A stretch of DNA of 56,986 nt, from assembly GCA_044345405.1 (NCBI GenBank), contig JBIJBE010000022.1, positions 1 to 56,986 of the forward strand, in the 5' to 3' direction. Position numbers and translations under genes: made by a program. This document shows positions 47,437-56,811 of this stretch, piece after piece. The notes beneath the pieces were generated by a model, which worked only from the letters and a program-made list of their open reading frames with translations, did not search any database and was not told the origin of the DNA. The stretch comes from Bdellovibrionota bacterium. GTDB lineage: Bacteria > Bdellovibrionota_C > UBA2361 > OMII01. How positions within the stretch are numbered: position 1 is the stretch's first letter; each line of letters begins with the position of its first letter.

Positions 47437-48288
47437 TTAGGGACGGGTAAGGGTCACGCAGTGCCACCCGTTCTCGCTCTTCTCTTCATCCAATACCCAT
47501 CCATGGCTTTCGGTATAGGTATCAACGACTGAATCGCGCACAAGCTCGGTGATTCCCGACATGATAGCTACGCATCCGGGAAGGGCGAGTCGAGTGACGT
47601 GAGGGGCAAGCTGCACGAGTACTTCACCGTACAGGTTAGCGAGAATAAGATTGAAGGGAGATTTGAGATCCTCGATCGGAGTTGTGGAGGGAGTTATGAG
47701 ATGGGAAAGGTTGTTGAGCGCGACGTTGTCCACTGCGTTAGTAATCGCGTACGGATCGTTGTCCACCGCTTCGACCGGTCGATTGAAAACTTTCGCCGCG
47801 GCGATAGCGAGGATCCCGCTTCCCGTTCCGAGATCAAAGATGGAGAGATCGCTTTGCGCGAGAACTGGTGTTCGTTCGCTCAGTGTCTGCAGGATCATCC
47901 GTGTTGTTGGATGATGCCCGGTGCCGAATCCTTGTCCTGGAATAATCTTGATCGTGTTGGGATCGGTCGCCGCGGCGTCTTCGCTCGTTTCGACGGGAAG
48001 CACCTTCAGGTGTCCCGCGTCGACCGGTTGCCATACCTCAGAGCACTGTTGATTCCAGTTCTCCTCCTTCACAGGCTCAACCGAGATGACCGGGCATCCC
48101 GCAGCCGAAGCGATCGCACCTATTCGATCCGCCGCGGCTCTATCGCCACACACGAAGCAGGATATTTTGCGATCCGCTTCCACCGTTGTGCCGGCGGCGC
48201 CTTCCTCTATGAGAGCACAGCACACGTTATCGATATCTTCACTGGAGAGAGCGGGAGTGGGGGAGAGGGTGACGCGAAACCATTCCAT
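47437..48288 (-). CDS. prmA: Ribosomal protein L11 methyltransferase
   Basis: PGQGFGTGHHPTT, DLGTGSGIL.IAA and ILANL motifs. ATG 48288 preferred as start. Confidence 0.93.
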   Translation of the reverse strand: MEWFRVTLSPTPALSSEDIDNVCCALIEEGAAGTTVEADRKISCFVCGDRAAADRIGAIASAAGCPVISVEPVKEENWNQQCSEVWQPVDAGHLKVLPVETSEDAAATDPNTIKIIPGQGFGTGHHPTTRMILQTLSERTPVLAQSDLSIFDLGTGSGILAIAAAKVFNRPVEAVDNDPYAITNAVDNVALNNLSHLITPSTTPIEDLKSPFNLILANLYGEVLVQLAPHVTRLALPGCVAIMSGITELVRDSVVDTYTESHGWVLDEEKSENGWHCVTLTRP

Positions 48289-48300
48289 AGGGAGCTCACA

Positions 48301-48343
48301 AATAAACACCCCGCTTACCCCTGATGTGGAGGGGTAAGCGGGG
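48301..48343 (-). terminator. Intrinsic terminator after trxA
   Basis: 14-bp stem CCCCGCTTACCCCT/AGGGGTAAGCGGGG followed by TGTTTATT on the minus strand. Confidence 0.7.
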
Positions 48344-48370
48344 CTCGTCGAAGCGATCTACCGGTGAGGG

Positions 48371-48700
48371 TTAGATAGCCTTTTTGATTGTCGCTACAAG
48401 CTGGTCCTTTGGAACCGCTCCAACAACACGATCTACCTCAGCTCCACCCTTGAAGATGATGAGGTTTGGGATAGCTCGTACGCTGTATTGAGCTGGGCTC
48501 TTGGGGTTATCGTCAACGTTTACCTTAACGATAGATACCTGGCCGCCGAGCTCCTTCGCGATCTCGTCGAGAACGGGGGCGATGCTCTTACATGGACCAC
48601 ACCATGGTGCCCAGAAATCAACAACCACTACAGGCGCTGAGGCCTTCAGTACCTTATCCTCGAATTCTGCGTCAGTAATCTCTGCTACGTTTCCGGCCAT
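48371..48700 (-). CDS. trxA: Thioredoxin
   Basis: VDFWAPWCGPCK motif; SD AAGGA before ATG 48700. Confidence 0.96.
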   Translation of the reverse strand: MAGNVAEITDAEFEDKVLKASAPVVVVDFWAPWCGPCKSIAPVLDEIAKELGGQVSIVKVNVDDNPKSPAQYSVRAIPNLIIFKGGAEVDRVVGAVPKDQLVATIKKAI

Positions 48701-49091
48701 ATACGTCCTTTTAAAACTACACGTTCGTATCCTGTGGATCCTCCTCCCCAAGCTCCCTCTGAGGGGGCGCCAGTGGGTTCGTGAGTGTACCAACTCGATA
48801 GTTGATGGTCCCTAAGAGGGATCCGTTCTTGGCGCCGTTTGGGCCGCCAGGGGTGATTATTCAACAAGGAGGGTGGGGAGTAAATCCCTGAAAGCGGCAC
48901 ATCCATGCTCTTTTTCCTTCAGCTTTAAGCCACTTAGATACAGCAGAGTCTTATTGGGGATGATTTTGCCGTGCTACTTTAAGTTGTTTGAACCTATTTC
49001 CCCCTGTCCGGCGTCATAAGTTTAACGAGTTTAAAGTACGGACGGTTGGCCATAGTGGCCGTCGTGTGCCGTACGGTAACAGGGGGTTCGT

Positions 49092-49952
49092 ATGACTAAG
49101 GCAACGACAAGTGGGGGGACGCAGTTCAAGCCCTCACATCCCATTCTCGTAGTTGACTCGTACGCACGGGGCATATCGATTGGACGGATAGACCCAGCAG
49201 GGTCGGGCCTCGAACTTGAGATGGACGGGGAGCGGTCCACACCGATGTCGCTCCGCAGTAGGTATGTGATGAAGCAGGGGGAGCCTCTTGTTGATCTTGA
49301 GCGACACCTGCAACGACTCTCCGTTCGCGGGGAGTTGAGAAGGGCGACTGTGGTGTTCGGAGTTACAACGGATCCCTTCCATCCCTTCGATGAGAAGTTC
49401 GCGACCAGCATGAAGTTTCTGGAGCTCTTTGAGCGATACGTGCCGGGACGACTGATAATTCAGACCCGTTCGCCACTTATCGTTATCGGCTTGCCGATGC
49501 TCAAGAAGGTAAAGGAGACGACCTACGTATCGGTTGGGATCGAGACCCCTCTTGAGGAGGTCGCTCGGCGATACACTCCGGACCTTCCAACCGTTGAGGA
49601 GCGGTGGAAGACGATGCGGGCGCTCAGGCGCTTTGGGCTCAAGGTAGGGGCGCAGGTAGCTCCGATCCTGCCCTACGGGGATTGGCGCAAAGACGCTGGA
49701 CAGTTCGCTGAGAAGCTCTGCACTGAGGCGGATTATGTGACCGTGAGGTCCATGATTCAGACCTGCGGGGTTCCTCGACCGACGACGCCGGTAGCGCGGA
49801 AGCTCGCAAGCGATCGACAGTTCTTCTGGTTGAGGCAGGATTCCCACACACCGCTCCTTGACGCGGTGCTCGCGGCGAATTCGAAGAAGCTTTTCCATCC
49901 GGCGGGGCTGCAACCAGCTGATCCGCAGCTCAAGTTGTTCGCCAAAGCTTGA
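49092..49952 (+). CDS. Radical-SAM-fold (SplB/Rv2578c-like) protein lacking CxxxCxxC
   Basis: TTDPFHP.D, IIQTRSPL, SVGIET, P.VEER and VAPILP match this family; no Cys triad. Confidence 0.7.
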   Translation: MTKATTSGGTQFKPSHPILVVDSYARGISIGRIDPAGSGLELEMDGERSTPMSLRSRYVMKQGEPLVDLERHLQRLSVRGELRRATVVFGVTTDPFHPFDEKFATSMKFLELFERYVPGRLIIQTRSPLIVIGLPMLKKVKETTYVSVGIETPLEEVARRYTPDLPTVEERWKTMRALRRFGLKVGAQVAPILPYGDWRKDAGQFAEKLCTEADYVTVRSMIQTCGVPRPTTPVARKLASDRQFFWLRQDSHTPLLDAVLAANSKKLFHPAGLQPADPQLKLFAKA

Positions 49953-50069
49953 ACATGAAACCGATAAATCTCCCTTGCGGAGATAGCGGGTTCACGGGAA
50001 CGTACCAGCGCAAGAAGGTATGAAGGGCGCCTACAGGGGCGCCCGCGTTCCATAAGAGGTTTCAAGCGT

Positions 50070-51320
50070 ATGCGAGTTGCGATTGTTGGTGGGGTGCGAA
50101 CACCCTTTGTGAAGGCTGCAGGGGTTTTTTCGAAGTACTCGGCTCTGGACCTCGGCAAACACGTTGTGGTGGGATGTATTGAGAAGCTCGGTCTCGACCC
50201 GAGCCTCGTCGAGGAGCTCTACTTCGGCACGGTGCTGTTGGACCCGCGCATCCCGAATCTCTCTCGTGAGATCATCCTTCGATCCGGATTGCCGAAGACC
50301 ATCGACGGACACTTTATCGCCAACAACTGTATCACCGGACTTGTGGCGGCTAGCGCCGCGGTTGACGCTATCGCGTCAGGTCGTATCTCGTGCGCTATAA
50401 TCGGTGGTAGTGAGTCGATGTCGCAACCGACCCTGACCTTTCCGCGAAAGGGGGAGCGATTCTTTATCAACATGGCGAAAGCGCGCGGGCTCGGGGCTAA
50501 ACTCTCGATGCTCTCATCATTTCGCCCCGGCTTTCTCGCTCCGCAAGCGCCAAGCCCAAAAGAGCCCTCGACCGGGCTCACGATGGGACAGCACTGCGAG
50601 TTGATGGCGCAGGAATTCAAGATTTCGCGTCAGGACCAGGACCAGCTCGCGTATACCAGCCACCATCGAGCCGCAGAGGCCCGATCGTCGGGGTTTCTCG
50701 CCGAGCAGATACTTCCACTGGGTGGTGTTTCTGAGGATAACCTTATTCGCCCCGATACCTCGGTGTCGGCGCTCTCAGCTTTGAAGCCGGTGTTCGATAA
50801 GAGCGCCCGTGGTACCATTACCGCGGGAAACGCGAGCGCTCTCACTGATGGCGCTTCGGCGGTGGTTCTTATGTCTGAGGAGCTCGCGCGTAAACAGAAC
50901 CGTGAGATCCTTGGGTTCATCGATGGCGTTCAGTTCGCGTCGGTGCCGCCAGGTGATGGTCTCTTGATGGCGCCAGCGTTGGCGCTGCCTCGACTTCTCA
51001 AGCGGAACAACCTTGGGTTCAATGATGTCGATCTCTACGAGGTACATGAGGCCTTCGCCGCGCAGGTGTTGTGCAACATGACGGTGTGGCGCGATGGATG
51101 GAATCGGTATCCGGCTACTGAGGTTCGAGGGGAGATCCCGGGCGATAGAATGAACGTCGCCGGAGGTTCTATCGCTATCGGACATCCCTTCGCCGCCACC
51201 GGTGGGCGACTCTTACTCACGACGTGCCAAGCGTTGCGTCAACGGAAGCTCAAGCGTGGCGCGATCAGTGTCTGCGCGGCGGGCGGGGGAGCAGGAGCGG
51301 TGCTGGTTTCGATGCCGTAG
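50070..51320 (+). CDS. Acetyl-CoA C-acyltransferase (FadI-like thiolase)
   Basis: RTPFVKA, NNCITG, HEAFAAQ, GHPFAATG and CAAGG motifs. Confidence 0.93.
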   Translation: MRVAIVGGVRTPFVKAAGVFSKYSALDLGKHVVVGCIEKLGLDPSLVEELYFGTVLLDPRIPNLSREIILRSGLPKTIDGHFIANNCITGLVAASAAVDAIASGRISCAIIGGSESMSQPTLTFPRKGERFFINMAKARGLGAKLSMLSSFRPGFLAPQAPSPKEPSTGLTMGQHCELMAQEFKISRQDQDQLAYTSHHRAAEARSSGFLAEQILPLGGVSEDNLIRPDTSVSALSALKPVFDKSARGTITAGNASALTDGASAVVLMSEELARKQNREILGFIDGVQFASVPPGDGLLMAPALALPRLLKRNNLGFNDVDLYEVHEAFAAQVLCNMTVWRDGWNRYPATEVRGEIPGDRMNVAGGSIAIGHPFAATGGRLLLTTCQALRQRKLKRGAISVCAAGGGAGAVLVSMP

Positions 51321-51401
51321 GAAGGAGCTCGGTAGGAGTAGAGCGGTAAGAGGCTTGTTCCCAGCTTGTCCCCCGTAGCTTCAGCGTAGGGGGTGCGTAC
51401 A

Positions 51402-51439
51402 ACGTATACCGGTAACCGTCGACGGTTTACGGTATACGT
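51402..51439. repeat. Dispersed palindromic repeat between convergent genes
   Basis: ACGTATACCGGTAACCGTCGACGGTTTACGGTATACGT. Confidence 0.7.
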
Positions 51440-51492
51440 CCTCCGTCGACGTCAATCGTAATCGTAGCACCGTCTGCTGCTACGGTGTTTCT

Positions 51493-51981
51493 CTAAAGAT
51501 CCTGCTTAAAATCATCATCCGTGTCGTCGTACAATCGATCGTCACGATTGTCCCGATAGATGGGGTCATCCGGATCCCGTTGACCGGAGTCGTTCGAATA
51601 GATAGGTCGGCCCGGTTGAGGATTACTCGAATCATCATACTGACGGCTTCTCTTGAGCTCCTCAATCTCTCGGCGCTGACGCTCTAATTCCCGCTCTTGG
51701 CGTCGAAGGCGCTCCTCTTGATCCTCAGTTCGATGGCGTTGCGCGTCACCCTGTGCTCCGATCAGCGCTCCACCGAGCGCGCCAGCTCCCGCTCCGATCG
51801 CGACACCGGCTCCAGCATTTCCGGATTGATTGCCAACGACGGCGCCAACTCCCGCGCCGAGCGCGGAACCAGCGACCGTTCCCGCTACAGTGTTGTTAAC
51901 GCCGTACTCCTGTTCGCTGCATCCGGTAAGTGAGGAGAGGAGCGCGAGGCATGCAAGGGACAAAGCTTTGCTTATCTTCAT
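51493..51981 (-). CDS. Glycine-zipper lipoprotein
   Basis: Lipobox LTGC, GSALGAGVGAVVG...GAGAGALGGALIG glycine zipper, then a coiled coil. Confidence 0.85.
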   Translation of the reverse strand: MKISKALSLACLALLSSLTGCSEQEYGVNNTVAGTVAGSALGAGVGAVVGNQSGNAGAGVAIGAGAGALGGALIGAQGDAQRHRTEDQEERLRRQERELERQRREIEELKRSRQYDDSSNPQPGRPIYSNDSGQRDPDDPIYRDNRDDRLYDDTDDDFKQDL

Positions 51982-52181
51982 AGTACCGAAGAATGGCAGA
52001 AGGAAACCTGGTTGGCTAGGTCGTAACCTCATACCTTGATCGTGACGCATTCATGCCCAAAGAGCTCTTCGCTCGCATTGTAAGGGTTGTGGGTTGGAGG
52101 ATAAATCCGGTGTGTAATCATATGGTTAGATGGGGTTTTCTTCGGTCGAGCTCACGAAAAAAAGGGCAATTCAAAAAGAGC

Positions 52182-52209
52182 TTAAGGTTTTGCGATAGCC
52201 AGCCGTAAC
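52182..52209 (+). promoter_or_regulatory. sigma28 promoter, flagellin 1
   Basis: TTAAG-N15-GCCGTAAC. Confidence 0.65.
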
Positions 52210-52463
52210 TAACTCTAGCGGGGGGAAACTCCTGACGGTCAAAGCAGCTGTCGCAGTTCACGCGAGACCTAGCGGTTGCAGTACAAAATAAAACGAGCTG
52301 GTAGTTAAACAAGAGCAGTTGGTTTCTCAACCATGCGCGCAGTGCCTGGCGCGCAGGGAGCGGGGTTCTAGCTGTAATCGGTGTCGGGTTTCCGTCGGAA
52401 TGTCCGGCAGTCTTCGTCAAAGGATTGATGGAGCGACATCGATAATTTCAAGGAGGAAATACA

Positions 52464-53324
52464 ATGCCAATTAATATTAATACCAACGTCGCGTCGCTAC
52501 GTGGTCAGAGATTCCTTAACTTAACATCCGACAACCTTTCCAATACCTACAGTAAGTTGAGCTCTGGTAAGCGTATTAACCGCGCGTCCGACGACGCCGC
52601 GGGTCTCGCTATTGCCGACTCTCTTAAGAATAACCAACGAATCGCCGGTGTGGCTATTCGAAACGCGCAAGACGGTATCTCAACGGTATCCATCGCGGAC
52701 GGTGCTCTCGACCAGGTATCAGGATTCCTTCAGCGTCTCGCCGAGCTTGCTCAGCAGGCGGCGAGCGGATCGTATACCAACGAGCAGCGTCAAGCGATGC
52801 AAGGTGAGTTCACCGCGCTAGGATCCGAGATTGAGCGTATCGCGACTACAACCGTGTTCAACGGTGTGGCGCTTCTCTCAGGCGGAAACTCGGTGGTGTT
52901 ACAGATCGGTTTCGATTCGAAATCCACATCTCAACTTATCCTCGCCCAGCCGACAGCGACGCTCGCGGGATTGGGATTAGCGGCTACCGGAAATTCCTTC
53001 TTCTCGTACTCCCTCACCGGGAATACGATTGAGGCTGGACAGAGCTCCGCTCGAATCGCGATTGATGGCATCAACGGCGCTCTTCAGTCGATGAACGTGC
53101 TTCGAGGTAGCTTGGGTTCCGCGGAGTCGAGACTTCTTTCCACGATTTCAAACCTTCAGGTGGCGCGAGAGAATCTGGCGGCAGCTGAAGCGCGAATTCG
53201 TGACGTGGACGTCGCGACTGAGGCTGCTGAGCTTACCCGATTGAACATCCTTCAACAGACGGGTGCGGCGGTTCTTGCTCAGGCTAACCAACAGCCACAG
53301 CTCGCTCTGACGCTGCTTCGATAA
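52464..53324 (+). CDS. fliC: Flagellin 1 (D0/D1 only)
   Basis: INTN, LSSGKRINRASDDAAGLAI and RIRDVDVA..ILQQ..LAQANQ motifs. Confidence 0.96.
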   Translation: MPININTNVASLRGQRFLNLTSDNLSNTYSKLSSGKRINRASDDAAGLAIADSLKNNQRIAGVAIRNAQDGISTVSIADGALDQVSGFLQRLAELAQQAASGSYTNEQRQAMQGEFTALGSEIERIATTTVFNGVALLSGGNSVVLQIGFDSKSTSQLILAQPTATLAGLGLAATGNSFFSYSLTGNTIEAGQSSARIAIDGINGALQSMNVLRGSLGSAESRLLSTISNLQVARENLAAAEARIRDVDVATEAAELTRLNILQQTGAAVLAQANQQPQLALTLLR

Positions 53325-53375
53325 GATAACGGCCGGTCAAAACCGGCCGCGTAACTATCCGAAGTGATACCGACA

Positions 53376-53415
53376 ACGAGCGGAGGACTCCTTTGAGCTC
53401 CTCCGCTCGTATTTT
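53376..53415 (+). terminator. Intrinsic terminator
   Basis: ACGAGCGGAGGA...TCCTCCGCTCGT-ATTTT. Confidence 0.75.
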
Positions 53416-53590
53416 GTGTCATCCTTGAGTGGTGGTCTTACCGCGCTCGATAGAATTCCAAACCCTCAGAGCCTACTATCGGGTACCGGTCAGGACCTCG
53501 GGCATGTAAGGGCACAAGTGTGTAGTACAGTATCTGAGGAAGATTCTGTAGCTCTGAAAGATTCTTTTTCCCCGCTCCCTCATTTTCCAT

Positions 53591-53618
53591 TAAAGAAAAA
53601 AAGTACCCCTTCCGAAAC
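53591..53618 (+). promoter_or_regulatory. sigma28 promoter, flagellin 2
   Basis: TAAAG-N15-TCCGAAAC. Confidence 0.65.
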
Positions 53619-53859
53619 TATCTGTAGAGCGCTTGTACGAGCGCGGGTAGATGTCGTTTGGACATGGCAACCCACAATATTCGTTGAGGTCCCCCAAGGA
53701 AGCTCAGCGATGGTGGGGTCGATGCTCACAACGGGATCTACGCCACGTAGCATGATGCCGCGTGGTGCGCTTCGTACGGCACATGAGCTCTCAGTCCTTG
53801 AACGATGCAGATTCGAGGATTGCGTTGTAACGCCATTCTTGTTCAAGGAGGAATGAACT

Positions 53860-54720
53860 ATGGCAATTAGTATCGGAAGTAATATCACATCACTTCAAGC
53901 GCAGCGGCGCTTGGACGGCACCGGCCAAAAGCTGAGTCTAGCGTTTAACAAGTTGAGTTCGGGATACCGAATCAACCGAGGCGCTGACGACGCGGCGGGA
54001 CTCGCTATCGCGGAGTCCTTGAAGGCTCAATCTCGTATCGCGAGCCAAGCGATCCGAAACACGAACGACGGAATCTCTACGATCGCGATCGCGGACGGCG
54101 CGTTAGGCGAGGTGGGTAACATTCTTGCCCGTCTCGCGGAGCTTGCGTCGCAGTCAGCGAACGGAACGCTGAGTACGACACAGCGTTCAGTGGTGGCGAA
54201 CGAGTTCGTAGCCTTGAGCTCTGAAATTGAGCGTATCGCGGCGGTGACCGAGTTCAACGGAATTAAGCTTCTCTCGGGATCGAGCACGATCACGATTCAG
54301 GTAGGAACGGGCTCTGGTGTGTCATCACAGATCGGTTACACCAACCAGCTCGCGACCTTGCAGGGGATCGGACTAAGTAATAACGGCTCTGGAGCTCTTA
54401 CGTACTCGATTAACGGCGCTACGGACGCGGCTGCGGCGACGGCTGCCCGACTAGCGCTCGACGCGGTGTACGCGGCTATTTACTCGGTTGGAGCGTCACG
54501 AGGAATTCTTGGTGGAGTTGAGTCACGACTCTCCACCGCGATCACCAATCTTGGTGTGACGAGAGAGAACCTTGTGGCCGCGGAGAGCCGAATCCGAGAC
54601 GTGGACGTGGCGGAAGAAGCCGCGAACCTAACTCGATTGAACATCCTGCAACAAGCTGGTACGGCGGTACTCGCGCAAGCGAACCAGTTGCCAAGCTTGG
54701 CGCTGCAGCTCCTGCGATAA
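53860..54720 (+). CDS. fliC: Flagellin 2
   Basis: LSSGYRINRGADDAAGLAI and SRIRDVDVAEE motifs; SD AAGGAGG. Confidence 0.96.
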   Translation: MAISIGSNITSLQAQRRLDGTGQKLSLAFNKLSSGYRINRGADDAAGLAIAESLKAQSRIASQAIRNTNDGISTIAIADGALGEVGNILARLAELASQSANGTLSTTQRSVVANEFVALSSEIERIAAVTEFNGIKLLSGSSTITIQVGTGSGVSSQIGYTNQLATLQGIGLSNNGSGALTYSINGATDAAAATAARLALDAVYAAIYSVGASRGILGGVESRLSTAITNLGVTRENLVAAESRIRDVDVAEEAANLTRLNILQQAGTAVLAQANQLPSLALQLLR

Positions 54721-54750
54721 GAACGTCCAGTTCGTTATTAGGAATACATG

Positions 54751-54793
54751 GACCCCTCGGAGATCCTCACTCCGGGGGGTCTTTTTTTATTTT
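54751..54793 (+). terminator. Intrinsic terminator
   Basis: GACCCCTCGGAG...CTCCGGGGGGTC-TTTTTTT. Confidence 0.85.
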
Positions 54794-55038
54794 CCTCATC
54801 TCTTTCAGTCAAAAGCGGTGTCTTCTCCGTCCCTTCTTCCGTAACGACTTCACTATCTCAATAGGTATTGAGCCACCGTGTGTGAATGGCGGCTCCGTTT
54901 AAAAACTCGCCGACGCCGCGCACAGATTAGCTCCCTTTGCTTATGCCACTGGCCCTCTCCGCGCTTCGACAAAACATGAAGGTTTCGATGCGCTTAATAA
55001 TTGGTCGCAAAAAAAACGCGAGCGCCCTCATTTTGTTG

Positions 55039-55066
55039 TCAAGAAAATGACACCCGGGGACGAAAC
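55039..55066 (+). promoter_or_regulatory. sigma28 promoter, flagellin 3
   Basis: TCAAG-N15-GACGAAAC; shares CGAAACTATCTGTAGAGCG with the flagellin 2 promoter. Confidence 0.6.
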
Positions 55067-55290
55067 TATCTGTAGAGCGAATGAGGTTGCGCTCTGAGAA
55101 GTGAGAGAGTGGTACAAGCCGTTGTTGTTGCTAATCCCTCCAAAGCAGTTCTCAGGATCCTCCTCGCGGTATGTTGTTAAGGCGGAGGCTTTCACACTAC
55201 AGCGAGAGGTGATGGATAGGAGGTCTTGTAGATCTTCTTCTCTCACTCAAATCACTCAGGCGCGACACAGATTGTTCATGGAGGTTGAGT

Positions 55291-56151
55291 ATGAGTATTA
55301 GTGTTGGAAGTAATACGACTTCAGGCACCGCGCAGCGGTTCCTTGAGGCGACTGGAAAAAAATTATCCGACTCGTTCAGCAAATTAAGCTCTGGACAACG
55401 CGTTAATAAGGGATCTGATGACGCCGCTGGTCTGGCGATCTCAGAGTCTCTGAAGGCGCAGGCTCGAATCGCTGGACAAGCTATTCGAAACACCAATGAC
55501 GGAATATCGACGATCGCTATCGCTGATGGCGCGCTCGGAGAGGTGGCCAACATTCTGGCTCGTCTCGCCGAATTGGCGTCGCAGTCTGCCAACGGCACTC
55601 TCAGTGTCGCGCAGCGTTCCGTGGTGCAAAATGAGTTCGTGGCGCTCGGATCTGAGATCGAGCGAATCTCTCAGGTGACTGAGTTTAACGGGATTCAGCT
55701 CCTCTCCGGTTCACAGAATATCACGATTCAAGTGGGAACTGGGTCCACGGTGGACAATCGGGTATCATATAGCTCGCAGCTCGCCACCCTTCAAGGGTTA
55801 GGCTTGGGTGACGCGAGTGGAGCAATGACGTTCTCAATTAACGCCACGTCAAACGATGAGGCGGCAACGGCGTCACGGCTCGCCCTTGACGCGGTATATT
55901 CAGCCATCTACTCAGTGGGAGCCGCTCGCGGAGTGCTCGGTGGGGTAGAGTCTCGTCTTGCGACGGCGATTACTAATCTCGGTGTTGCAAAGGAGAATTA
56001 CAACGGAGCAAACAGTCGTATTCGCGACATCGATGTGGCGGAGGAGGCGGCGAGCCTCACTCGGTACAACATTCTGCAACAGGCTGGCACCTCGGTGTTG
56101 GCCCAGGCGAATCAGCTTCCATCGCTCGCGCTGCAACTGCTTCGCTTCTAG
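55291..56151 (+). CDS. fliC: Flagellin 3
   Basis: LSSGQRVNKGSDDAAGLAI and SRIRDIDVAEE motifs. Confidence 0.96.
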   Translation: MSISVGSNTTSGTAQRFLEATGKKLSDSFSKLSSGQRVNKGSDDAAGLAISESLKAQARIAGQAIRNTNDGISTIAIADGALGEVANILARLAELASQSANGTLSVAQRSVVQNEFVALGSEIERISQVTEFNGIQLLSGSQNITIQVGTGSTVDNRVSYSSQLATLQGLGLGDASGAMTFSINATSNDEAATASRLALDAVYSAIYSVGAARGVLGGVESRLATAITNLGVAKENYNGANSRIRDIDVAEEAASLTRYNILQQAGTSVLAQANQLPSLALQLLRF

Positions 56152-56178
56152 CGTACCAGTTTCAGTCACTCCATGAGG

Positions 56179-56214
56179 CGGCGTGAAGGGAAACCTTCAC
56201 GCCGTTTCTTTTTT
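56179..56214 (+). terminator. Intrinsic terminator
   Basis: CGGCGTGAAGG-GAAA-CCTTCACGCCG-TTTCTTTTTT. Confidence 0.88.
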
Positions 56215-56269
56215 GCGCGCGGCACTTGAGAAAATGGCGCTTTTTTCTTTCATCGCGTGTGTTTTTTCC

Positions 56270-56297
56270 TTTAGAGAATCACCGAGCATTCCGAAAC
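56270..56297 (+). promoter_or_regulatory. Probable sigma28 promoter, flagellin 4 unit
   Basis: TTTAG-N15-TCCGAAAC(TAT); same -10 box as flagellin 2. Confidence 0.5.
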
Positions 56298-56524
56298 TAT
56301 AAGTGGAGCAAGAGTAGTTTGGCTCCGAGAAGTAAAGTAGTGCTGAAGTTACCTGCCCAAAGCGGTTCACGGAAGTTCTCACGTAGTTCTCGGTTCACAC
56401 AGACTCACAGACGCGGCGACGAACGTCTCTTTCAGAGAACGGCGACGAGTATGTGAGGTGTGACAAGCAGCCTCCTACCATTGGTATCCAGCAGAACCCG
56501 CTTTGCGGGAATGGAGGTAGCAAT

Positions 56525-56761
56525 ATGACCGAACCCACATGGTTAAGACAAAGAGTTCCCTGCGACGTCGTCCTCGGGGTTGATGATGACGGAGTGTGTG
56601 TCTCTCCAACGCGCGAGGCCGAGGGGAACGCGAACGGTGAACAGGTCCTCTCGGATATGTCCGCCGAGCTTACATGGAGGCTTCTCAGAGAAGACTCCGT
56701 GACTCGGCGTGAGATGTCGGAGGAAGCGATGGCGGCAGTCGTTCGTCGGCTGTTGGCGTAG
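56525..56761 (+). CDS. Small hypothetical protein upstream of flagellin 4
   Basis: SD GGAGG before ATG; 78 aa; not recognised. Confidence 0.45.
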   Translation: MTEPTWLRQRVPCDVVLGVDDDGVCVSPTREAEGNANGEQVLSDMSAELTWRLLREDSVTRREMSEEAMAAVVRRLLA

Positions 56762-56811
56762 CGGAAACTTAAACGGATTTAGGTTTTTAGTAACTAGCAA
56801 GGAAGGTAGTC

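Noticed and set aside
52217-52283. c-di-GMP-I riboswitch call in the flagellin 1 leader
   Set aside because: It has a GAAA tetraloop stem and CAAAGC but no clear tetraloop receptor or GGCAAAC start; not called without Infernal.
53416-53856. 146-aa ORF between flagellins 1 and 2
   Set aside because: It spans the sigma28 promoter and leader, and has no SD or recognisable protein features.
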